Below are positions 51,034 through 60,557 of a stretch of DNA of 64,000 bases, piece by piece (position 1 is the stretch's first letter; each line of letters opens with the position of its first letter). The notes under the pieces were generated by a model. The model had not been told where the DNA came from, did not search any database, and was given only the letters and a program-made list of their open reading frames with translations. Source of the stretch: a virus. Its lineage: Duplodnaviria > Caudoviricetes. The translations under genes and the position numbers were made by a program. The DNA lies in the IMG/VR virus record IMGVR_UViG_3300031993_000012, positions 1-64,000 of that record. One strand, written 5' to 3'.

Positions 51034-51076
51034 AAAAAAAGAATATTCCCGGGTCGCTCCCGGGTATTCTTTTTTT
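51034..51076. terminator. Bidirectional intrinsic terminator closing the array locus
   Basis: AAAAAAAGAATAT-t-CCCGGG-tcgct-CCCGGG-TATTCTTTTTTT. Confidence 0.8.
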
Positions 51077-51115
51077 GTTCACGATTTGATAATTTATACG
51101 AAAGGAGTTGTTTTT

Positions 51116-51928
51116 ATGGCAACTGTATTACAACCAGACCGAGTTGTTACATGTAACGGAGTCAAGGTAAATCAATATTTTCTGACCGTGAACAATCCAT
51201 TTCATATTGATATGCCTACATCGGAAATGAATAAAGTCATTGGTGTAACAATTCACAATACCGATTGGATATCTGTTATCCAAGGTAGTACACCCGCAGA
51301 GCAATATACACGTGCAACCGTCAATGGTAATATGAATGATGTCCGTGTTCATTATTATGTTGATGATAAATGTGCATGGCAAAATTTACCATTGAATCGT
51401 GCAGGATGGCATGCTGCTGATGGTAAAGGTGATGGTAACAGAAAGACAATCGCTATTGAATGCATCATGTCACCAAATTACAATGGTATCGATCAAGCAT
51501 CAGAATTAAACTGTGCACGTTTGGCTGCGTATTTACTCCATGAATACAAACTCGATATCAATCATTTGTATACACATACACATTGGTTGAATGTTAAAAA
51601 TGGTAAACGTGGTGATGTTGATTTTTTGAATACGGATCCCAGCCCCGAGAAACGGTGCCCTTTGTATATTCTTCCACATTGGAATGAATTCAAAGAAAAA
51701 GTTCATGATTATTTGAATGAACTGAACAATGGTAATGAAATCAATCATACAAATGATATGATATATTTGAAACAAGGAACTCCGATATATCCGAACGCGG
51801 GTGTGAATACCAGAATGAGTGGAATAATAAAAACATCATGCAAATATACAATCGTTGAAAGACGTACTGCATATGGTATAACATGGGGTAGATTAAAATC
51901 AAATAAAGGATGGGTTAAATTGAAATAA
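51116..51928 (+). CDS. Endolysin, N-acetylmuramoyl-L-alanine amidase (Amidase_2, XlyA/CwlA-like) with C-terminal SH3-like domain
   Basis: VTIHNT, VHYYVDD, GWHAADG, IAIEC, H..W...KRCP zinc ligands; C-terminal YTIVE....WGRLKS..GWV. Confidence 0.88.
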   Translation: MATVLQPDRVVTCNGVKVNQYFLTVNNPFHIDMPTSEMNKVIGVTIHNTDWISVIQGSTPAEQYTRATVNGNMNDVRVHYYVDDKCAWQNLPLNRAGWHAADGKGDGNRKTIAIECIMSPNYNGIDQASELNCARLAAYLLHEYKLDINHLYTHTHWLNVKNGKRGDVDFLNTDPSPEKRCPLYILPHWNEFKEKVHDYLNELNNGNEINHTNDMIYLKQGTPIYPNAGVNTRMSGIIKTSCKYTIVERRTAYGITWGRLKSNKGWVKLK

Positions 51929-51960
51929 TGAATGCGGGGGTATCACCCCCGCTCATTATA

Positions 51961-54168
51961 TTATACTTGTGAATATCCGAATTTACGATTCATCCATGTG
52001 TTTGCACCAGCCATGATTGAATCACCAATATTGTCAAATGTATGTCGTAATGCGGACGATGTTAATGCGAGTTTCGTTACTAAACGAACTGCGGGATTTA
52101 CACGATATTTATCACAACCACACATCTGTGCGATATAATCAAACATTGTATTGTTATTCAAGAATGTTGATATTTCGTTCATCGGTGATGTCATTAATAC
52201 GTGTTGCAAATCTGTAACTGTAATTTGTACATCTATTGCTAACGGATAACCATTGATGGAAACATCTGTTTGTCCGGGGTTCTTTGTTACTGATAATGAT
52301 GTGATCATTCCTAAACGGGTTCCCCATAATCCAGGAACGTTTGCTTGAATGATTGGTGGAAATGCGTATGCAGCCGCGTTGTTTTTTGATAAACGTGGTA
52401 ATGCCATACCCATTAAATAGAATAATGGAACCAATACATTTACTAAATATGAATACGGGTCTCCCGATGGTGATACCAAATGTGTTGTAAATGATACAGT
52501 TTGTTGTGATGTTGATGATTGGAATATCTGTGGATATATAGTATGATCACCAGTAAATGATTTCGTAAAACCACCGACGATTGCTGCAGTAAAACGTCCA
52601 ATACCACCACCGAGTGTACTCATTACCGCTTCAGCAGCATTTGTTCCTTTCTGTGCGAGATTGATAATAATATCATCTGCTTTAGTGGTAGAAGCATTTG
52701 TAAGAAATGCGATTTCATTACCGAATGATTGACCTTGATTCATGATACCAAATAATTGTGAATCACCAACATTGTTTGTATATGTTTCATTGAATGAATT
52801 TGGGTCTACCATTAATGATACATATTGAGATGTATCTCCTTCGATGTTGTCTCGTTGAGTAACTGCCCCTAATCCATCAGTTGGTGTAATGTAACGATAA
52901 TTACTCCAAACATCATCGCCTTTATCAGAAACATTTGCATTCATTCCGATTGGGAATAATTGTTCACCGATTCTAACTGGTGCTTTCTGTAATCCGAGCA
53001 TTATTACTGCAGTATTAATCATCATCTTAACATTGTTGATGTATGTGTACCAATCCGCTTCGAAAGTGTAGAATGGTTGTTGAACTGATAATGATGTCAA
53101 TAATGATGCTGTTATACCAGCCGCTCCACCAAGTATGGAATCACCAATCGAATCTATCATCTGACGTGTTTCACCGGTTATGTTTGCAACTTCAACATCT
53201 GCATCAACGCCTTCTAATCCTAACTCGGATGCTTTGGCCATTGTGAAATCATCACCATCATCACCAATTTCAATACTGAAAGCATCAAACGCTGCTTCTT
53301 GATTAACAACCTTTTCCATTACTGTGGTTTCTGATAAACCCGGAACAGATGTATCATCTTTACCATAAATATCATATGTATTTAATGCTTTCAGATAATT
53401 CTTTGTTTGGTTGAGTATTCCCCATAAAGAACCGACACCACCGGTGAATCGTGCACGTCCAACGAAGAAATTGCATATTGGTGCATCTTGTAATATTTTT
53501 TGTAAATAATAATCACCGACTGGACCATAGTGTGAATCGTCATATGCTGATAATAATCTCATATCACACATATTGGTTAATTGCGGTGGTGCACCGAATA
53601 AACGTGGTGAATATAATTTCAATAATGGATTTGATTGTGTTGGTGCGGATGACGATGATGAATATGATTGTTGTATACCCGCAGTTGGTATATAATAATT
53701 ATTTGATGTATTTCCGGTGATTTGATCTGTTAATAATTGCTGTGCTTCATTGGAAACTTCTTCTTGTGTTTTTGTTGCAGTTTGACCTTCTTCGTATTTA
53801 CCAACGGCATTCCGATACGTCTTATACAGTAAAGTCGTATCATCATTACTACCGATGATTCTGGCATATGCAGCTGGATTAGAAGTTTTCAAATCATCCA
53901 ATGATCGAAGTGTAACCATGGTTTCTGAATCGCCTAATCGGTCAATTAAATCATTGATTGGTTTGTTTTGTAATGCACCTTCGTAACCTTGACCTTCGAC
54001 TAATTGTGAACGTAAATCTTCACTCATTAAATCGATGATGGTTTGTGCTCTATCAGGTTGATCTGCTTCAATTGCTGCATCTATTAAGTCTGTACCGGTT
54101 TCGGTTAATCCCATATTAAACAACATTTCACGTCGTTCTTCGGGTGTCGGATTATCATATAATGACAT
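51961..54168 (-). CDS. Putative virion baseplate/tail structural protein
   Basis: FGAPPQ, IYPQIFQSS, GMITSLSVTK, GYPLAIDVQITVTDL tube/hub-like C-terminus; AAAGGAG RBS. Confidence 0.55.
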   Translation of the reverse strand: MSLYDNPTPEERREMLFNMGLTETGTDLIDAAIEADQPDRAQTIIDLMSEDLRSQLVEGQGYEGALQNKPINDLIDRLGDSETMVTLRSLDDLKTSNPAAYARIIGSNDDTTLLYKTYRNAVGKYEEGQTATKTQEEVSNEAQQLLTDQITGNTSNNYYIPTAGIQQSYSSSSSAPTQSNPLLKLYSPRLFGAPPQLTNMCDMRLLSAYDDSHYGPVGDYYLQKILQDAPICNFFVGRARFTGGVGSLWGILNQTKNYLKALNTYDIYGKDDTSVPGLSETTVMEKVVNQEAAFDAFSIEIGDDGDDFTMAKASELGLEGVDADVEVANITGETRQMIDSIGDSILGGAAGITASLLTSLSVQQPFYTFEADWYTYINNVKMMINTAVIMLGLQKAPVRIGEQLFPIGMNANVSDKGDDVWSNYRYITPTDGLGAVTQRDNIEGDTSQYVSLMVDPNSFNETYTNNVGDSQLFGIMNQGQSFGNEIAFLTNASTTKADDIIINLAQKGTNAAEAVMSTLGGGIGRFTAAIVGGFTKSFTGDHTIYPQIFQSSTSQQTVSFTTHLVSPSGDPYSYLVNVLVPLFYLMGMALPRLSKNNAAAYAFPPIIQANVPGLWGTRLGMITSLSVTKNPGQTDVSINGYPLAIDVQITVTDLQHVLMTSPMNEISTFLNNNTMFDYIAQMCGCDKYRVNPAVRLVTKLALTSSALRHTFDNIGDSIMAGANTWMNRKFGYSQV

Positions 54169-54290
54169 AAACATTCTCCTTTCAAGTTGAGATTACTTTT
54201 GGGTTGACCAAACATATTTGTATTTCATATTTATATCATTAAAATGTAACAGTCAGGTACTGTTCATTATTTCAGAAAGGAAGCGTGTTT

Positions 54291-56660
54291 ATGAGTAAAA
54301 TCCAAACATTTAAAGACGATGAAATGTACATCAAAACTTCTGATATTGATGCAATTCAACGTCGTCCATCAATGTACATCAGCCAGGTTGGTCTTGGAGG
54401 TGCAGGTCAAATATGTCGAGAGTTGATTGATAATTCTCGTGATGAGTGTATCAAAAAAGATTCTCCCGGTGATGAGATATACATTGAAATCGATGACAAA
54501 CATCTATTTGTCAAAGATAATGGTCGTGGTATCGCAACTGATTTATTACAGAAAGTATATGAAACCAATCAGGCTGGTTCGAGTATGTTAAGAGCTGGTG
54601 GTGAAACTGTTGGTGAAAATGGTTCTGGTACCGCATTGGCAACTGCACTCAGTGGAACATTGATTGTCACAACCACCAGACCACAAGAAAAGAAAAAGCT
54701 CACACTCGAATATCACGATGGTAAATTAGCCGATAAGAAATTAGAAAAATATACCGGCAATGAACATGGACTCAGTAACTATTTCGAACCATCTAAGTTT
54801 TATCTGGGAACAAACAAAATTCCTGTTGATGATTTAGCAGAATGGATTCGTGATTTTGATTATACTATTAACAATGAATACAAAATCATTTATAAGATAA
54901 GAAACAAAGAATACAAAGTTGAACATAAACCGTTAAAGAAATATATCCAATTACACTGCACGGACGCAAATGCATTCTCAACATTCCCAATGGAATTCAG
55001 TTGTAAAGGAAAACTTGATGAAGATTTTCAGGGTAAAACATATCATCGTACATTTAATGTTGATGCTGTGTTGGTTTATGCACATCCGGAATATACCGAT
55101 GATTTGATATGTCAATCATGGATGAATAAAATAAATACAATTCAACACGGTTCACATCTGAGTGGTGTACTCAAAGGATATCAAATGTTTATAACCGAAA
55201 AATGTATCAAACGCAATAAGAAGTTAGAAGATGAAGATCTCCGTAAAGATATTATCAATCATCTTCATATTGTTGTAAACGCCCGTTGTAATCTCGCACA
55301 TATGTTCTCTGGTCAGACCAAGTACAATTGTATTTCTCCAGATTTGGAAAAAGCAATCATTGATGCTACATATGAATCATTGAATAAGAATGTTACAAAA
55401 GAAATCGTTGATCAGTTTGTTGATATGGTTATCGGTAATCATCGTGCACGTGTTGCGGGTGAACAATCCAGAAATATCAATAAAGCCGTCAAGGATGATA
55501 AAAAATGGGTTCAACCAAAATGTTTCATTCCGTGTTCAAATGTCAAGTGTGAATTTCCACGTGAACTGTATATGGTTGAAGGTAATTCAGCAGGTGGTGG
55601 TTTACGTGCGGCACGAGATGCACGTTTTCAAGCAATATTCCAAGCTCGTGGTAAAACATTATCCGTTTGGAGCAAAGCGATAGAAGAAGTGTTAAAATCC
55701 CAAGTATGGAGAGATTTCATAAAATGTTTAGGTTGTGGTATTGGTCCAACATTCAACATGAAGAAACTCAAATATGATAAAATTATTATTGCAACTGATG
55801 CTGATATAGATGGTTTCCAAATCAGAGTATTAGATGTATCATTGTTTGTAATGTTTTATCCGGAAATCATCCAAGCTGGTAAATTGTATATTGCAGAACC
55901 ACCACTGTATCGTCTTGAACAAGGTAAGAAACATTTCTATGTTGCAACTCAGAATGAATACATTGATGTATGTATCAAATCAATTGGTGATATTAAGATT
56001 GAATTCCCCGAAAGACCAAAACATCAAATCACCGCAACAACATTTGTTCATCTTACATTCAATTATTTATCGGATCTCAGAGATGCAAGTATCACTAGAA
56101 ATGTCAATCCTCAGTTCTTAGAATACATTGCATGGGGAATTGCAAATAATGGAGGTGACATCAATAAGTTTATCAAGAACATAACCAAGTGGCAGAAACA
56201 ACTCGCAGATGTATATCCTGAGTTAGGTTATGATGATAAAACCCATCAGATTACAAATGTAATTGATTACCATGATCAACTGGTTGTATTAGATGAATAT
56301 TTGGTTGAATCAATCAAATCCATAATTGATACAATAATGATTTATGGTGTAATGATTACATATACATCGAAGAAACTCGGTACATCGGTAACAAATACGT
56401 TGTCAAATTTCTATGCTGATATGGAGAAATATTATCCGACAATCAAGAACCGTTACAAAGGTTTAGGTTCGTCGCCAGCAATTATATCCAAAGAAGTTAT
56501 CATGGATCCGAAGACACGTAGAATTATTCGTCTTACGATGAATGATGCATTAATTATGCAACAGATGGGTGTTTTGTTGGCAAAGGATAAAGATTCTTTG
56601 TTAGCACGTAAAGATCTCATCAGTAGTTTCCACTTTACAAAGAATGACATAGATAATTAA
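54291..56660 (+). CDS. gyrB: Type IIA topoisomerase / DNA gyrase subunit B
   Basis: RRPSMYI, ELIDNSRDE, DNGRGI, VEGNSAGG, RGK, TDADIDG, PPLY, RYKGLG. Confidence 0.93.
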   Translation: MSKIQTFKDDEMYIKTSDIDAIQRRPSMYISQVGLGGAGQICRELIDNSRDECIKKDSPGDEIYIEIDDKHLFVKDNGRGIATDLLQKVYETNQAGSSMLRAGGETVGENGSGTALATALSGTLIVTTTRPQEKKKLTLEYHDGKLADKKLEKYTGNEHGLSNYFEPSKFYLGTNKIPVDDLAEWIRDFDYTINNEYKIIYKIRNKEYKVEHKPLKKYIQLHCTDANAFSTFPMEFSCKGKLDEDFQGKTYHRTFNVDAVLVYAHPEYTDDLICQSWMNKINTIQHGSHLSGVLKGYQMFITEKCIKRNKKLEDEDLRKDIINHLHIVVNARCNLAHMFSGQTKYNCISPDLEKAIIDATYESLNKNVTKEIVDQFVDMVIGNHRARVAGEQSRNINKAVKDDKKWVQPKCFIPCSNVKCEFPRELYMVEGNSAGGGLRAARDARFQAIFQARGKTLSVWSKAIEEVLKSQVWRDFIKCLGCGIGPTFNMKKLKYDKIIIATDADIDGFQIRVLDVSLFVMFYPEIIQAGKLYIAEPPLYRLEQGKKHFYVATQNEYIDVCIKSIGDIKIEFPERPKHQITATTFVHLTFNYLSDLRDASITRNVNPQFLEYIAWGIANNGGDINKFIKNITKWQKQLADVYPELGYDDKTHQITNVIDYHDQLVVLDEYLVESIKSIIDTIMIYGVMITYTSKKLGTSVTNTLSNFYADMEKYYPTIKNRYKGLGSSPAIISKEVIMDPKTRRIIRLTMNDALIMQQMGVLLAKDKDSLLARKDLISSFHFTKNDIDN

Positions 56661-56677
56661 AGAAGGGATGGATTAGT

Positions 56678-58726
56678 ATGTTCAATTATAATATCGATAC
56701 CGAGGTTAATGAATCAGAGTTCGATGACCTCAGAGAGATGGATGAAATAACCGACGTCGATCAGTTATTGGAGTTAATTGGTGTGCCTGTGATTATCAAC
56801 AGGCACATTTCCGACATTGAAACATTCATGAGAAGAGTTGTGGATATTGCAGTAATGTGTTGGAGTAATGATGATGGAAATGGCGATACACTTGAGCATA
56901 CTAGAATCAATTTTAAAGTATCCGCTGAAAGTGTTGTTACATATTCATTACCATTGAACGCATTCATGTTCTTTCTCATATTCATCAATCCGATAATCAA
57001 ATACGTTGAAGACATCAAGATTGAAGATTTCATATTTGAACCACCATTGATTGAGAAAGAAACGATTGCGATTATCAATCGTATCATGAGAGTATTACAA
57101 CAGTTCATGCATCCAATGTCTGAGATATACGAAGTAATCGCAAATGTTCTGTTATATATGTCTGAGCTTAACAGAATATTTGGTCAAGCATGTATCCAAA
57201 TATTTACGACTGAAAATCTGTTTCTTGACCATTACAGAGAATCTGCAATCATTCGTGATATCAATAATACTGTATATCCACGTAACATGCAGACTGCAGA
57301 TATTGTTGAAGAAAACAGTAAACGTTTCATATTGTTACGTGATGAAATGATTAAACGTGGAAATCCGTTATTCATAGATGATCGTTTCACACGTATACTC
57401 AAACAGAAACAGATTGAAGAATTGTTCATTCATTTCGGTCAGATACCAGATGGACGTAATATTGTCAATGTTCAAATGAATGGTAATGGATTCAACGATG
57501 GATACAAGGATCCGGAAGTAATTTATGCGGCAGCAATTGCAGCACGTGTTCCGGATTTGATGAATGCTGACTATATGGGCGTGGTTGGATACTTTGCACG
57601 AAACTTGTGGATTCTCACATACGGAACAATATCCAAGAAAGTAAACGATTGTGGTTCAAAGAATCCGATTCCAATTGTGATTGATGAATCCGCACTCAAG
57701 ATGTTCGATGGACGTTATTATTATAAAAATAAACACGATGGAATTCGTCGTGTGTTCCATAAAACAGATACGCATCTTTTAGGTCAACAGCTCTGGTTCC
57801 GTTCACCATGTACATGTAATCTGAACAATGATGTTTGTCATATATGTTATGGTAATGCAGCATTGCGTGTCAAAGATTTCAACGGTGGATTTGTATGTAC
57901 AACACAATTCATGACAGGACCAATCAATCAGAATGTTTTATCAGCAAAACATTTATTGAAAGCAAATGCGGAACTCATTGTATTTACCAATAATCTGGAT
58001 AAATATTTCGAAATGGATTCCTGTCAACTTTCCGTCAAAGAAGATGTTAAGAAGTTTGATATATTCATTCGTGAAGATTATATGGATGACATCACCGAGA
58101 AATTCGAAATGTTTATTGGTAAGAATATGGAACCAATCACCATTACAAATTACGCAAATATCAATATCAGCAAAACCGTATTATCCAAAGCAAAGATTAT
58201 ATCAATCGACGATGTTAATTATTATCGTATCAATTCATCAAAGGTTGAAGATGATCTGTGTACACTGACTCCAATCAATAAAATGATGACAGAGAAATAC
58301 CTGAAGATGATGCATCTGTTAGATAATAACATTGTTAAATATGATAATGTATCTGACGTTGTTACAGAGCTTTATCATTTACTTGATGGAACAATACCGT
58401 TATTATCAACACATGGAGAAATCATCATTGGTTGTTTACTCCGTAATCATGAGAATCCAATGCGTCGTCCGAATTGGTTGAATTATGATGAACCGTATCA
58501 GATGGTACGTGTTAAAACCGCATTGTCGAATACGGATTCATTCACAGAAGCAGTTGCATCTGAACAAACAAATCATCATCTTCGTCATGCTGTATTCGAT
58601 CGTCGTAATACAATCAATAAAATCGGTGCACGCTCATTCATTGACTTCTTATTCGGTTATACCAGAAAAGATATGACAGAAAAAGAACTTGCAGAAACAA
58701 TGAAAAGCAACGGTTGGATATTATAA
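56678..58726 (+). CDS. rpoC: RNA polymerase beta' subunit, C-terminal part (probably non-virion RNAP)
   Basis: Bridge helix GYFARNL, DCGS, Zn site RSPCTC....VCHICYG, trigger loop QNVLSAKH, HGEIII. Confidence 0.88.
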   Translation: MFNYNIDTEVNESEFDDLREMDEITDVDQLLELIGVPVIINRHISDIETFMRRVVDIAVMCWSNDDGNGDTLEHTRINFKVSAESVVTYSLPLNAFMFFLIFINPIIKYVEDIKIEDFIFEPPLIEKETIAIINRIMRVLQQFMHPMSEIYEVIANVLLYMSELNRIFGQACIQIFTTENLFLDHYRESAIIRDINNTVYPRNMQTADIVEENSKRFILLRDEMIKRGNPLFIDDRFTRILKQKQIEELFIHFGQIPDGRNIVNVQMNGNGFNDGYKDPEVIYAAAIAARVPDLMNADYMGVVGYFARNLWILTYGTISKKVNDCGSKNPIPIVIDESALKMFDGRYYYKNKHDGIRRVFHKTDTHLLGQQLWFRSPCTCNLNNDVCHICYGNAALRVKDFNGGFVCTTQFMTGPINQNVLSAKHLLKANAELIVFTNNLDKYFEMDSCQLSVKEDVKKFDIFIREDYMDDITEKFEMFIGKNMEPITITNYANINISKTVLSKAKIISIDDVNYYRINSSKVEDDLCTLTPINKMMTEKYLKMMHLLDNNIVKYDNVSDVVTELYHLLDGTIPLLSTHGEIIIGCLLRNHENPMRRPNWLNYDEPYQMVRVKTALSNTDSFTEAVASEQTNHHLRHAVFDRRNTINKIGARSFIDFLFGYTRKDMTEKELAETMKSNGWIL

Positions 58727-58732
58727 GGAGGG

Positions 58733-59794
58733 ATGATTATGTATACACCAAAGAATTATCCTTCCGGTAGATTATCCGGAATGGTTAAACCAAAATATCT
58801 CATCATCAAAAGTTTACTTGGTGAAGATTATGATACATCACATGGAGTTGATATCTATATTGATCTCAACACATTCATTACCGCAATGATTTCATCAAGA
58901 AATTATTTGTCAGCATTACCGTTTAACGAAGACGCTCAAGCAGATATAGTTGCATCATTCATTCATATTGCATTGCATTGGAAGAACTTTTCTCGTCAAT
59001 GGGATGATGCAAAGATATTCTTGATAATGAATGATTATGAGAATCCGTTATGTTGTGAACAGAAATCATTGAAATCATACTTACATCCATACAAGGATAA
59101 AATCAATTCCAGTATGTATGATAATTTTCGTTACTATCTCACAGAAGCGGTTAATATCACACAAAAAGTATTTCAGTTCATTCCGAATATGTATCTGATT
59201 AAATGTAAAGATTTCGATTCATTAGTATTTCCAACGGTACTCAAAGGATATGAATTGAATAACAGAAAACGTATAATCGTTACTGGTAATAATCTCTTTA
59301 CAGGATATATGTTTGAACCGAACTGTCGTGTGATATATTCCAAATGTCGTCATACTGGAATATCACAAGTATACGATCCAATCATGATTGCCAAAAGCAT
59401 ATCAAAGATTGATGACGATGCAATCGATATATTCATCAAGAATAAAGTATTCTATAATATGTTGAATATAATTGTCGGTGACTTCGATCGTGGTATCCTT
59501 GGAATGACTGGATTGGGTATTACCAGAATCGCAACTGAGATTGCACGTAATTACGAAAAAGGTATTATACCGAATGATCCTAAAAGTATTGAATCATTGT
59601 TGAGTGTGGTTGATGCTAATTATCATTCGTATATAAAACAATCATATCCATTGGTGGATTTAAAAACACATGGAAACATGGTTAAACAATCATCAATTGA
59701 AACAATCAAATCCGAACAGATGATTGATAATATCGACATCGATGGTTTGAGAGAATTCTCAATCGATGGTGTAAACTTACTTGAACTGATATAA
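58733..59794 (+). CDS. Putative 5'-3' exonuclease / FEN-like (T4 RNase H-like) protein
   Basis: IYIDLN N-terminal strand, IVGDFDRGILGMTGLG helix-turn-helix-like motif; some acidic ligands look degenerate. Confidence 0.5.
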   Translation: MIMYTPKNYPSGRLSGMVKPKYLIIKSLLGEDYDTSHGVDIYIDLNTFITAMISSRNYLSALPFNEDAQADIVASFIHIALHWKNFSRQWDDAKIFLIMNDYENPLCCEQKSLKSYLHPYKDKINSSMYDNFRYYLTEAVNITQKVFQFIPNMYLIKCKDFDSLVFPTVLKGYELNNRKRIIVTGNNLFTGYMFEPNCRVIYSKCRHTGISQVYDPIMIAKSISKIDDDAIDIFIKNKVFYNMLNIIVGDFDRGILGMTGLGITRIATEIARNYEKGIIPNDPKSIESLLSVVDANYHSYIKQSYPLVDLKTHGNMVKQSSIETIKSEQMIDNIDIDGLREFSIDGVNLLELI

Positions 59795-59798
59795 TGAT

Positions 59799-59831
59799 AA
59801 TACCCCGGGAAATCCCGGGGTATTCTTTTTT
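59799..59831 (+). terminator. Intrinsic terminator
   Basis: AATACCCCGGG-aaat-CCCGGGGTATT-CTTTTTT. Confidence 0.8.
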
Positions 59832-59844
59832 CTAGAAAATGGAA

Positions 59845-59989
59845 ATTCCATATATATATTATTAATATGAAGAAAGAGTAAATAATATACTCAATCTTCA
59901 GTCAAATTAATCAAAACTTTTAACTGGGGTAACTGGTCTAGTCAACTAACCTGCAACAAATTATGTATGCAGGTCCAGGAGGTAAACTT
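59845..59989 (+). repeat. Conserved promoter + structured leader cassette, copy C
   Basis: Same layout as copies A, B, D, with a compensatory GAGTA/TACTC stem. Confidence 0.85.
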
Positions 59990-60388
59990 ATGGCAACCAA
60001 TGAAATCATCAATAATATTCTAGACAGACATGCTTGGCATGTTGGAGAAGAACATAAGTATTTCTTAGGTAACGATATCGTCTATGATTATTGGGAGGGT
60101 GATTATGAGATCCTCCCGAAGGATGATGAACCCTCTATCATTGGAATAGGGGTATCAATCTGGGATGAAGATCATGAGACTAATTTTTACGTAATTATCA
60201 CAGATGATGGTTCGCTGTATTATTACAGTGGAACAATCCGTCAAAAAGAACACATTCGTGATATTATAGTCAATAAAAAATCATCATCTTACACAAAGAT
60301 TTGTGTTCATGAGTACGCCGACGAAATCGGTTGGTCTCTTAAAGATATAATTGATTTCGCGGCACTTAGATGCCAGCTGTTCGAATAA
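59990..60388 (+). CDS. Hypothetical protein (cassette cargo), start MATNEI
   Basis: AGGAGGT RBS. Confidence 0.75.
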   Translation: MATNEIINNILDRHAWHVGEEHKYFLGNDIVYDYWEGDYEILPKDDEPSIIGIGVSIWDEDHETNFYVIITDDGSLYYYSGTIRQKEHIRDIIVNKKSSSYTKICVHEYADEIGWSLKDIIDFAALRCQLFE

Positions 60389-60478
60389 AACACCCATCTC
60401 AACGCGGGTGTATAATAATAGCGTAATGTCCAAAAAGTGACCAAACGAATAAAAGAAGCCCCCATAATGGGAGCTTCT

Positions 60479-60545
60479 TTTTTCTTGTTTAGAAATCGAA
60501 ATCATCTCCACCACCGGTACGGGAAATCCCGGGGTATTCTTTTTT
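60479..60545 (+). repeat. Chimeric junction: copy of 61114-61154 fused to copy of 59806-59831
   Basis: 41-nt and 26-nt exact matches abutting at 60519/60520. Confidence 0.9.
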
Positions 60546-60557
60546 GCTATAATATTA

